Shown here: positions 9,087-17,332 of the stretch, piece by piece
Numbering within the stretch: position 1 is the stretch's first letter
How the letters are laid out: each line of letters begins with the position of its first letter
From: Bacteroidota bacterium
GTDB taxonomy: Bacteria; Bacteroidota; Bacteroidia; Chitinophagales; Chitinophagaceae
Reading direction: 5' to 3'
NCBI GenBank assembly: GCA_947457075.1
Contig: CANGUG010000010.1
Span: forward strand, 23,177 to 87,176
DNA length: 64,000 bases
The notes under the pieces: generated by a model
Databases searched by the model: none
Told to the model about the DNA's origin: nothing
What the model saw: only the letters and a program-made list of their open reading frames with translations
Program-made: the position numbers and the translations under genes

Positions 9087-10583
9087 ATGCGCATCCCCCT
9101 TACCTTATTTTTATTTTTTGCAATGATTACCTGCAGTTGCTTAAGTAGTCATGCGCAAAATGAAGTGCGTAAAGACACAAATAATAATGAAAGTTTGTAT
9201 AGGCCAATCATACATTTTTCGCCTAAAAAAGGTTGGATGAATGATCCCAATGGAATGTTTTTTCAAAATGGGGTCTATCATTTATATTATCAATTTTATC
9301 CCAATGCCACAGTATGGGGGCCAATGCATTGGGGACACGCTACTAGCAAGGATCTGATACATTGGGAGCATAAGCCCATTGCAATATATCCCGACAGTTT
9401 AGGCTTAATTTTTTCCGGAAGTGCAGTAGTGGATAAATACAATACATCAGGCTTAGGTACACTAAAAAATCCGCCCATCATTTCCATATTTACACAACAT
9501 TCAATGGAAGGTGAAAAAGCAGGAAAAAATAATTTTCAAAATCAGAGTATTGCTTACAGCAATGACGGTGGGAATACCTGGAAAATGTATCCTGGCAATC
9601 CTGTGATTAAAAATCCAGGTATTAATGATTTTAGAGATCCTAAAGTTATTTGGCATGAACCTACTAAACATTGGATCATGGCGTTGGCAGTAAAAAATAA
9701 AGTTTCATTGTATAGTTCCGAAAATTTAAAGGATTGGAATTTTGAATCGGATTTTGGCGAACTATTGGGTAACCATGAAGGTGTATGGGAATGTCCTGAT
9801 TTATTTTCATTACCCTATAATGGAAAAACTTATTGGGTGCTATCCGTTAGTGTAAATCCAGGAGGCCCCAATAAAGGATCGGCAACACAATATTTTGTGG
9901 GTGATTTTGACGGACATAAATTCAGTACTTCTTCTAGTAAAACAAAATGGGTAGATTATGGTGCTGATAATTATGCTGGGGTAACCTGGTACAATACGGG
10001 TAATAGAAAAATAGCCATTGGATGGATGAGCAATTGGTTGTATGCACAACAAGTGCCTACTGATAAATGGAGAAGCGCCATGACCATTGCAAGAGAGTTG
10101 AATTTACAGGAAGTAGGAGAGGAAATGTATTTAACTTCAATGCCTGTTAAGGAATTGAAATTTTATAAATCAAATTATTTATCGGAGGGGCCAATAACCC
10201 AAAATTTGCCTTATGAAATTAATATACAAGGTTCAAATATCAATAGCTTCACGCTTACTTTAAATAATGAGGAAGGGGAGTCTTTGGATTTTGGATTTGA
10301 TCAATCTACTAATCAATATTTTATTGATCGAAGTTTTGCAGGGGTGCATAGTTTTCATAAGGACTTTGCTGCTTTACATTCGGCCCCAAGAATCAGTACT
10401 AAGTCTAATTTTTCATTTAAAGTTTTAATTGATAAAACTTCCATTGAAATTTTTTCAGACAATGGACTCACGGTAATGACTGATATCTTTTTTCCTACTA
10501 GCCCCTATAATAATATAGCGATCCAGTCTCAAAGTGAGGAGATTCGAAAAAATATAAAAATTAGTTCTTTATTGGCAAAGTAA
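9087..10583 (+). CDS. Glycoside hydrolase family 32 (levanase/fructan beta-fructosidase), secreted
   Basis: WMNDPNG (nucleophile), WGHATS.DL, FSGSAV, FRDPKV and WECPDLF, plus an N-terminal signal peptide. Confidence 0.93.
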   Translation: MRIPLTLFLFFAMITCSCLSSHAQNEVRKDTNNNESLYRPIIHFSPKKGWMNDPNGMFFQNGVYHLYYQFYPNATVWGPMHWGHATSKDLIHWEHKPIAIYPDSLGLIFSGSAVVDKYNTSGLGTLKNPPIISIFTQHSMEGEKAGKNNFQNQSIAYSNDGGNTWKMYPGNPVIKNPGINDFRDPKVIWHEPTKHWIMALAVKNKVSLYSSENLKDWNFESDFGELLGNHEGVWECPDLFSLPYNGKTYWVLSVSVNPGGPNKGSATQYFVGDFDGHKFSTSSSKTKWVDYGADNYAGVTWYNTGNRKIAIGWMSNWLYAQQVPTDKWRSAMTIARELNLQEVGEEMYLTSMPVKELKFYKSNYLSEGPITQNLPYEINIQGSNINSFTLTLNNEEGESLDFGFDQSTNQYFIDRSFAGVHSFHKDFAALHSAPRISTKSNFSFKVLIDKTSIEIFSDNGLTVMTDIFFPTSPYNNIAIQSQSEEIRKNIKISSLLAK

Positions 10584-10653
10584 CGTTAAGTCACTTGCGC
10601 CACTTTAGTTTATTCAATAAATAGTCTTAAATTGAGTACTTAAATTAAAATAT

Positions 10654-10878
10654 ATGTCAACAAAAATTACCATCAACAACAACGGATCCATTAAAGTAGA
10701 GGGCGAATTTACAATTGTAGATAGAGAAGGAAATCAATACGATTTAGCCGGCAGAGAAATTGTTGGACTTTGCCGATGTGGATTGAGTAAAAACAAGCCT
10801 TTTTGCGATGGGGCACATAATGGAAATTTCGAACATGAAGCAAAAGCATTTGCCTTACCTCCAAAAAAAACTTTATAA
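10654..10878 (+). CDS. CDGSH iron-sulfur domain protein
   Basis: LCRCGLSKNKPFCDGAH matches the CDGSH [2Fe-2S] motif. Confidence 0.9.
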   Translation: MSTKITINNNGSIKVEGEFTIVDREGNQYDLAGREIVGLCRCGLSKNKPFCDGAHNGNFEHEAKAFALPPKKTL

Positions 10879-10913
10879 TCATTAATGATTTAAAGTAAAT
10901 AACAATAAGAGCA

Positions 10914-11369
10914 ATGAATAAGCTAAACAGCATTTTAAATAACTTGGAGGAGCAGATTCAGTTTTCTGATTCAACGAATCCCGCCATTTCATCCGTATCG
11001 GTGGGTTGGCATATTGATCATAGCTGTTTGGTGATCATAAAAATTGCCGAAACTATACAAAAAGCGGACCCATTAAAATACAAGCCAACTTTCTCATTTA
11101 TGAAACAGCTTGTATTTTTATTGGGGAAATTTCCAAGGGGTAAAGCGAAGGCACCAACAGTAGTTATGCCTGTTGATTCCTTAAATAGCGAACAATTACT
11201 GCTGCAAATACAAAAAGCAAGAACTGCTGTAAATGAACTTACTAGCAGTTCAAAAAATCAGTTTTTTTCACATCCCATTTTTGGGCAACTTAATGTTGCT
11301 GAAACACAACGCTTTTTTTGCATTCATACAAAGCATCACTTAAGTATCATTCAAGATATTTTGAAGTAA
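10914..11369 (+). CDS. DinB-like / DUF1569 family protein
   Basis: WHIDH, HPIFGQL and HTKHHL form the DinB-type His pattern. Confidence 0.65.
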   Translation: MNKLNSILNNLEEQIQFSDSTNPAISSVSVGWHIDHSCLVIIKIAETIQKADPLKYKPTFSFMKQLVFLLGKFPRGKAKAPTVVMPVDSLNSEQLLLQIQKARTAVNELTSSSKNQFFSHPIFGQLNVAETQRFFCIHTKHHLSIIQDILK

Positions 11370-11372
11370 ATT

Positions 11373-11774
11373 TTACTTTTTTGTATTTTTTCTGTTTTTT
11401 AACATGGCCTTCATTTCATTTTCTTGAATCCTGAACTTTACTATTTCCTGAATTAATTTTATGGGGAAAGCCTTGTCTAATGGTAATTGTATGGCACCTT
11501 TTGAATAATTTAAGCCAAGTTGGTCCAATTGTTTTTTAAATACTTCAATAGGTTTAGCGGTAGGATAAAAACCATAATGATTTTTAGCGGCTGAAAAATA
11601 AACTAATTTGCCCTCTTGAATAAACACCGGCATATGATAGCTAATACCTTCAGTGGCCTTAGGAGCAGCTTTTTTAATGATACTTTTAAGTTTTTTTAAA
11701 CCTGCTTGCTTTTCCTTTTCTTGAAGTAGGATATAATCATCAATTGTGACAACTGGCTTTATTAATTTTTTCAT
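11373..11774 (-). CDS. DUF1801 / YdhG-like (iron chaperone-like) protein
   Basis: IDDYI, APKATEGISYHMP, FSAAKNHYGFYP, SKGAIQLP, IVKFRI. The ATG of MKKLIKP is preferred as start. Confidence 0.75.
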   Translation of the reverse strand: MKKLIKPVVTIDDYILLQEKEKQAGLKKLKSIIKKAAPKATEGISYHMPVFIQEGKLVYFSAAKNHYGFYPTAKPIEVFKKQLDQLGLNYSKGAIQLPLDKAFPIKLIQEIVKFRIQENEMKAMLKNRKNTKK

Positions 11775-11824
11775 ATAAATGCTATTGGCAATTATAGACA
11801 AATTAGCAAAAAAAATTTAGTTTA

Positions 11825-13048
11825 CTACTGCACTAAAAATGGGTTTGACCATTTTTTATCTGTATATATATTAGTGCCTCTAAGTGTTTTGATGAATGCG
11901 ACCAATTGGGTAATTTCTGTTGCCGTTAAATTTAATTTATTACCCACCCCATCCACTCTTAAGCGGTTGTCTAAATTATTATTCGCAGCTATATTGGGGA
12001 TATTATTATAATGTGCTAGCACGCCCTCAATTGTGGTAAATTGACCAGTATGCATCATTCTGGCATTGGATGTTCCATCGGCTTTTACTAAGTCTCTTAA
12101 GGAAGGAGCCCTTGTGTTATTAGTTTCAATAGCATTGCTTCCAATGACGCCAACAATTCCATTATTTCTGCTATTGGGATCAATATCAAATTCAGGCGCA
12201 CGATGACATCCATTACAACCCACTCCTCCTGAAATGCGATTTCCCACTCCATCAAAAACAGGAGGAGCTAAATATAGGTTCTTGCCTGCATTTTCTTGGT
12301 TTGTATAATTGGGAAAAGGATCCCTTTCATTATTCACTAGCGCTCTGCCTGCATCAAACTTGGAGTCAAAGGATTGAATACTTCTAACAAATTGCGCTAA
12401 TGATTCTTGTAATCGTGCTTCAGTTACAATGGTGTCGCCATAAACTGTTTTAAATATTTCCTTATAGTAGTTAATGCCACCTAATTTATTCACTAGGCTA
12501 TTGATATTGCCACGCCCATTTACACCACTGAATCCCATTTCAACATGATCCTGAATGGGTATGGTTGTTTGTACTTCTAAGTTGGCAGCACGCTCGTTCC
12601 AGAAAAACTTTAACTCATTTGAAAAACGGACATTCACTAAACGCATTGAATGTCGAACAGTGACCCCTCCTTCCACCCCCTTACTCACTAAGGCGGTATC
12701 ACTAAATGCAAAAGCTTGTTTATGACAACTACCACAGGAAATTGTATTATTTATACTTAAGTTTTTATCATAAAACAATATTCTTCCTAAGGTTGCTTTT
12801 GGATTGGTGATAGGATTGTTGCCCGAATTATCATTTAAAATGTATGCTGGTTTGGTTTGATTTGCATAATTATTAAGATTGGCAAAGTCAATATTAGTGC
12901 CAAATGTTGCTTTTGTAGCTGCAAAGGGGTCAAAAACAGCATTTTCATTTGGATTCACTATGGTTAAATCAAGTTTTTTACAGCCCCAGGCAACTACTAT
13001 GATTGCGGTTAAAATAGCGGTTAATTTATAAGGAGTAATTTTGCCCAT
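11825..13048 (-). CDS. Di-heme cytochrome c peroxidase / MauG superfamily lipoprotein
   Basis: Lipobox AWGC, LGRILFYD..LS, two heme motifs CGSCH and CNGCH, FFWNER, APSLR and MMHTG. Confidence 0.85.
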   Translation of the reverse strand: MGKITPYKLTAILTAIIVVAWGCKKLDLTIVNPNENAVFDPFAATKATFGTNIDFANLNNYANQTKPAYILNDNSGNNPITNPKATLGRILFYDKNLSINNTISCGSCHKQAFAFSDTALVSKGVEGGVTVRHSMRLVNVRFSNELKFFWNERAANLEVQTTIPIQDHVEMGFSGVNGRGNINSLVNKLGGINYYKEIFKTVYGDTIVTEARLQESLAQFVRSIQSFDSKFDAGRALVNNERDPFPNYTNQENAGKNLYLAPPVFDGVGNRISGGVGCNGCHRAPEFDIDPNSRNNGIVGVIGSNAIETNNTRAPSLRDLVKADGTSNARMMHTGQFTTIEGVLAHYNNIPNIAANNNLDNRLRVDGVGNKLNLTATEITQLVAFIKTLRGTNIYTDKKWSNPFLVQ

Positions 13049-13215
13049 AGTGATTTTTTTTAAAAATAATGTTATTACAAAGGAAAGACAAGTTTAATTG
13101 AATGAAGTTTAATTCGTTAACAATAATTTAGGAACTATTGGCAATTTATATTCACTTTTTGATGATTGCTTAACAATTGATGGCATTTATTTTATATTCT
13201 TTTTTTCCCTTGCTC

Positions 13216-13255
13216 AAAAACAGAGGAGCTCATTTATTAAATGAGCTCCTCTGTT
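13216..13255 (-). terminator. Rho-independent terminator of the rhodanese operon
   Basis: Perfect 17-bp stem AACAGAGGAGCTCATTT-att-AAATGAGCTCCTCTGTT (13219-13255), with a T-run on the minus strand, 25 nt after the DUF6132 stop. Confidence 0.85.
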
Positions 13256-13280
13256 AAACTTATTGATGTGTATGATTCAA

Positions 13281-13475
13281 TTATTTTTCTTTTTTAAACA
13301 TGCCAAATAGCAGAAAACCCATGAGTGCGCCATATAAACTACTGTTTAAGGGTTTTGAGGTAATCATACAGGTTCCATTAGCACATCCTACGAACTTCCA
13401 ATACATGAACCCTGCAATGGCGCCTAGTAAAATACCAATTAGGTCCAGTTTGTATTTTTTGATGATAAAATTCAT
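13281..13475 (-). CDS. DUF6132 family small membrane protein
   Basis: Two hydrophobic segments around YWKFVGCANGTCMITSKP..S.LYGALMG. Confidence 0.75.
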   Translation of the reverse strand: MNFIIKKYKLDLIGILLGAIAGFMYWKFVGCANGTCMITSKPLNSSLYGALMGFLLFGMFKKEK

Positions 13476-13522
13476 GATATATAATTATGGGGTATTGATG
13501 TTTTGGCTTTATTTGTAGCGCA

Positions 13523-13831
13523 TTAATCCAATTTGGACCTTAAACTAACCCAAGACCCTCCATTGTAAACTTCAATGCCGGCGCTTTTTAACACCGATTT
13601 CGCCATACCACTTCTTGCTCCACTTTGACACACGGTAATAATGGGTTGATTCCATTTTTTGATAGCGGTTATTTCCCTTTGAATGATATTTACTGGAATA
13701 TTTTTCGATCCCTTAATATGTCCCCTGTCAAATTCTTGAGGTGAACGCACATCAATAATAATAGCCCCCGCTTGTTGTAATGCTTTGAAATCGGTTCCAG
13801 GACCAAATAGTTTTTTGAAAAAGCTAAACAT
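13523..13831 (-). CDS. Single-domain rhodanese (sulfurtransferase)
   Basis: IIDVRSPQEF..GHIKGSKNIP and active-site loop CQSGARS. Confidence 0.9.
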   Translation of the reverse strand: MFSFFKKLFGPGTDFKALQQAGAIIIDVRSPQEFDRGHIKGSKNIPVNIIQREITAIKKWNQPIITVCQSGARSGMAKSVLKSAGIEVYNGGSWVSLRSKLD

Positions 13832-13832
13832 G

Positions 13833-14120
13833 TTAATTGTTATTTATGATATTATTTAAACTAAAAATGCCACCACCATTATAGGTATCTGTAATGCCAT
13901 TTTGTTGTAGAATTCCAGTAGCAATACCACTTCGGCCACCACTTAAGCAATACACAACAATTGGTTTTGGCATTTCAGCTATTAATTTAATATTTGCTTC
14001 AATGGTATCTAATGGAATATTAATAGCGCCTGGTATATGATTCTCCTCAAATTCCATCACGCTTCTTACATCTAATAAAGTACCTTTTTTTTCCTGAATA
14101 GACTTAATTACATTTTGCAT
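13833..14120 (-). CDS. Single-domain rhodanese (sulfurtransferase)
   Basis: LLDVRSVMEF...HIPGAINIP and active-site loop CLSGGRS. Confidence 0.9.
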   Translation of the reverse strand: MQNVIKSIQEKKGTLLDVRSVMEFEENHIPGAINIPLDTIEANIKLIAEMPKPIVVYCLSGGRSGIATGILQQNGITDTYNGGGIFSLNNIINNN

Positions 14121-14168
14121 AGTATAAATTTTACTTTTACAAAATTGATCAATTTAAACTGCTAATTA

Positions 14169-14184
14169 GGTGATATTTATCACA
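14169..14184. promoter_or_regulatory. CRP/FNR-like operator GGTGA-N6-TCACA upstream of the rhodanese operon
   Basis: GGTGAtatttaTCACA has 9/10 conserved positions of TGTGA-N6-TCACA and lies next to a Crp/Fnr gene. Confidence 0.55.
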
Positions 14185-14205
14185 ATGCAGCGGAAAGCAA
14201 TAAAA

Positions 14206-14841
14206 TTATTTTTTCTTAATCCAATCAAATGAATTTCTATTCATAATAATCCAGCCATTATTTTCCATTTTTTTTAGTAAACGGCTTATTACTTCCCTCG
14301 AGGTATTTAAATCATTGGCAATTTCCTGGTGTGTTAATTTTACAGTATTTCCAAATTGATGTACATGTCTTTCAATATAAAATGCTAAGCGTTCATCCAT
14401 ATTTTTGAATGCAGTTTCATTAATAGTTTTAAGGAGTTCTTCATACCTGCTTCGGTAAGTTTTAATTACAAAGTAGTGCCAACTCTTAAATTCGTTTAAC
14501 CACTTTTCCATAAATTCAATGGGAATAGCTAAATATTTTATGTCAGTCATTGCCTTTGCTAAAACCTGACTTTGTTCATGATGGTAATTGCAAACAAGGG
14601 TTACAGCACATGCCTCCCCTGGGTTTAAATGGTACATAAAATATTCACCACCATCCTCCCCTTCCTGATACAACTTAACAGTACCTTCAATTACCAACAT
14701 GGCAGATTTAATATTTTGACCCATTTTTAGCATAGTGGTACCTGCTTTTGCTTCTTTAAGCACTGCTTCATTTAACACAGCGTCATACAATCCTTCTTCC
14801 CAATTGGGAAATATTTTTTTGAGTGTTTCTTTGGATAGCAT
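14206..14841 (-). CDS. Crp/Fnr family transcriptional regulator
   Basis: cNMP-binding-like N-terminal domain (GTVKLY...YHL.PGEACA) and C-terminal HTH LTHQEIANDLNTSREVISRLLKK. Confidence 0.92.
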   Translation of the reverse strand: MLSKETLKKIFPNWEEGLYDAVLNEAVLKEAKAGTTMLKMGQNIKSAMLVIEGTVKLYQEGEDGGEYFMYHLNPGEACAVTLVCNYHHEQSQVLAKAMTDIKYLAIPIEFMEKWLNEFKSWHYFVIKTYRSRYEELLKTINETAFKNMDERLAFYIERHVHQFGNTVKLTHQEIANDLNTSREVISRLLKKMENNGWIIMNRNSFDWIKKK

Positions 14842-14884
14842 AATGTAATTGACTTCAAATGTAAATATAGATCATTTATTATAA

Positions 14885-14900
14885 TGTAATAAATGTCACT
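14885..14900. promoter_or_regulatory. CRP/FNR-like operator TGTAA-N6-TCACT
   Basis: TGTAAtaaatgTCACT lies in the divergent gap between the Crp/Fnr gene and the small membrane ORF. Confidence 0.45.
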
Positions 14901-14943
14901 AAGTTGGCAGTGATTGATGCGTACTTTTAATCAAATATCAACT

Positions 14944-15126
14944 ATGCGAAAGTTCATATCGAAATTAGATTTAACGTTAATTTTTAGATTAAGCCTTAGT
15001 TTATTTATGTTAGTTGCTGCCTTTAGACAATCCGATTACGTATCTGGCGCATTTGGATTATTTCTTGCTTTTTATGCATTGCTAGCTGCAAAATATAAGG
15101 TAGGATGCGGATACAATAAATGCTAA
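14944..15126 (+). CDS. Small membrane protein (DUF2892/YgaP-like)
   Basis: About 60 aa with two hydrophobic helices and a C-terminal GC...C, divergent from the Crp/Fnr gene. An alternative start is at 14914. Confidence 0.5.
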   Translation: MRKFISKLDLTLIFRLSLSLFMLVAAFRQSDYVSGAFGLFLAFYALLAAKYKVGCGYNKC

Positions 15127-15341
15127 GCCTCTATCATTCTTATATATAAGTCTTCTACTTTTTTTCTTGCCCAAGGTGTTTTGCGTAAAAACTTTAAACT
15201 AGATGATATGCTTGGATTACTATTAAAACAATTAATGGGGATATGTTGACCCAGGTCCTCCCATCCAAAGTAGTTCACTAATTCTGTGACAATATATTCA
15301 AGTGTTTTTCCGTGTAAAGGATCTTTTGAAAATTGCTGCAT
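15123..15341 (-). CDS. VF530 / DUF2132 family DNA-binding protein
   Basis: DPLHGKTLE.IV.ELV..FGWEDL...I.INCF..NPSISSSLKFLRKTPWAR.KVE.LY. The ATG at 15341 is preferred. Confidence 0.88.
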   Translation of the reverse strand: MQQFSKDPLHGKTLEYIVTELVNYFGWEDLGQHIPINCFNSNPSISSSLKFLRKTPWARKKVEDLYIRMIEA

Positions 15342-15370
15342 ATGCAATATTAAGTAATTTGCAATTTGAT

Positions 15371-15970
15371 ATGAGCCCTCATCGCTACTTTTTAGTAAAT
15401 AAACCATTTAACATGGTATCTCAATTTGTGAGTAGCCATGATGTGCGTTTGTTGGGAGATTTACATTTTAACTTTCCTATTGGAACACATGCTATTGGAA
15501 GATTGGATCAAAATTCTGAGGGTTTATTATTATTAACTACGAATAAAAAAATCACTAAACTTCTTTTTCAGGGCCCCATTCCGCATAAACGTACTTATTT
15601 AGTGCAGGTAAAGAATACGATGACCGAAAGTACTGCTAAAAAGCTCGCAGAAGGTATTGAGATTAGTGCAAAAAATGGAACTCGTTTTTCTACTACTCCT
15701 TGTGAAGTGGCCATTGTACAAAAACCAAAAGGACTTTTTGAAATGGGTAAACCTTTGCATGAGAAGGTCGTTACCAGTTGGGTAAAGATTACTTTAACAG
15801 AAGGTAAGTTTCATCAGGTACGAAAAATGGTCGCTGCCGTGAATCACAAATGCATTCGACTTATTCGAATTGCCATTGAAAATGTTCAACTTGGCCAAAT
15901 GCAGCCGGGCGAAGTGATTGAAATAGAAGAGGAAAATTTTTTTCGTGATTTGAAATTAACCTTAGAATAA
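15371..15970 (+). CDS. RNA pseudouridine synthase (RsuA/RluE family)
   Basis: NKPFNMVSQF, GRLDQNSEGLLLLT (catalytic Asp), LTEGKFHQVRKM, RLIRIAI. Confidence 0.9.
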   Translation: MSPHRYFLVNKPFNMVSQFVSSHDVRLLGDLHFNFPIGTHAIGRLDQNSEGLLLLTTNKKITKLLFQGPIPHKRTYLVQVKNTMTESTAKKLAEGIEISAKNGTRFSTTPCEVAIVQKPKGLFEMGKPLHEKVVTSWVKITLTEGKFHQVRKMVAAVNHKCIRLIRIAIENVQLGQMQPGEVIEIEEENFFRDLKLTLE

Positions 15971-15991
15971 TTGATATGGCAGCTAAAAAAA

Positions 15992-16942
15992 TTATTTAAA
16001 CCATTCTCCCAATTTTGCTATATCTACATTGCCCCCTGTTAAAATAATACCCACTTTTTTTCCTTGAAATAAAGCTGGATTTTTTAAAGCTGCCGCGAAT
16101 GGAACAACACAACTTGGCTCTACAATAATTTTCATGCGTTCATAAATTAAGCGCATGGCCGATTTTATTTCCTCGTCTGATACCAATAAAATGTCGGTGA
16201 CATGTTCTTTAATAATGGCCAAAGTTCGATCACTTAAAGTGGTTAAAAGTCCATCAGCAATCGTATTGACAAATGCAGCTTTTTCCACTTTGCCCGTTTG
16301 TAAACTTAACACCGCGTCAGCTGCCCCTTCGGGTTCACCTGCATATACTTTTACAGTTGGTTTAAAATAATGCACTCCTAAACAGGTACCAGATAATAAT
16401 CCACCACCGCCAACAGGGGTAATGACTATTTCCAAATCTGGCACTTCGGCTAATAATTCTTTTACACAAGTGGCTTGCCCTTCAATTACATCATCATTGT
16501 CATAGGGATGTATAAAAGTGGCGCCTGTTTTTTCAACAATCGCATTTAATGTTTCTTCTCTTGCTTGTTGATTGGGGGCACACATAGTTACTTCGGCACC
16601 ATATCCATTTACTGCATTCACTTTTACCTGCGGTGAATTGCTAGGCATGACAATATAGGCTTTGGTGTTTAAAATTTTCCCGGCATAGGCCATTGCTTGT
16701 GCATGATTGCCGGAGGAATGGGTGGCAACGCCTTTGGAAATTTGCTCAGGCGTTAATTTTAAACTTGCGTTCATTCCACCTCGAATTTTAAATGCCCCAA
16801 TTTTCTGAAAATTCTCACATTTAAAATAAAATTCAATACCCGACAGTGCATTGATACTTTGATTGGTAAGTACTGGCGTGTTATGGATATAGGGTTGAAT
16901 GCGTTTATGCGCGTTTTCTATGGAGGCTTTTGTAATATTCAT
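15992..16942 (-). CDS. PLP-dependent fold-type II enzyme: serine racemase / Ser-Thr dehydratase-like, no ACT domain
   Basis: FKCENFQKIGAFKIRG (PLP Lys), THSSGNHAQA, PVGGGGLLSG, TIADGL, ILTGGNVD. Confidence 0.88.
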   Translation of the reverse strand: MNITKASIENAHKRIQPYIHNTPVLTNQSINALSGIEFYFKCENFQKIGAFKIRGGMNASLKLTPEQISKGVATHSSGNHAQAMAYAGKILNTKAYIVMPSNSPQVKVNAVNGYGAEVTMCAPNQQAREETLNAIVEKTGATFIHPYDNDDVIEGQATCVKELLAEVPDLEIVITPVGGGGLLSGTCLGVHYFKPTVKVYAGEPEGAADAVLSLQTGKVEKAAFVNTIADGLLTTLSDRTLAIIKEHVTDILLVSDEEIKSAMRLIYERMKIIVEPSCVVPFAAALKNPALFQGKKVGIILTGGNVDIAKLGEWFK

Positions 16943-17332
16943 ATTACTACATTATGAAGGTCAATTTATAAATTAAATCTGTGAAAGTTTCAATTCAAAA
17001 AAATTAGATATAGATTATTATTAAAACACCATTTTTGAAAATTTAGACAATAAAATGGCCAATTTGAGTCAATTAATGTTGTTTTTCAATTCAAGACCCT
17101 TAAAAAATTAAATTTTCTAATAAAAAAATAAATATGCAATTATTTATAATATGTTTAGAAAAAATTTTACATTGATAATCAATTAGTTAGGTGAAAATAT
17201 TAATACAGTCTATAAAAACTATATAGATAATTAGTCTTTTCATTTTAAATTTATGGAAATATGTTAAGATTTTCTTAATTTAGTTGCTCGTGTTTTACAT
17301 GACAAATCAGTTTAACAAAAATTAAAACAAGT

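Noticed and set aside
16943-17332. Hidden small ORF or sRNA in the 390-nt susC upstream region
   Set aside because: The region is extremely AT-rich, with no convincing ORF or stable GC stem; it is better explained as promoter DNA, apart from the 18-bp motif reported above.
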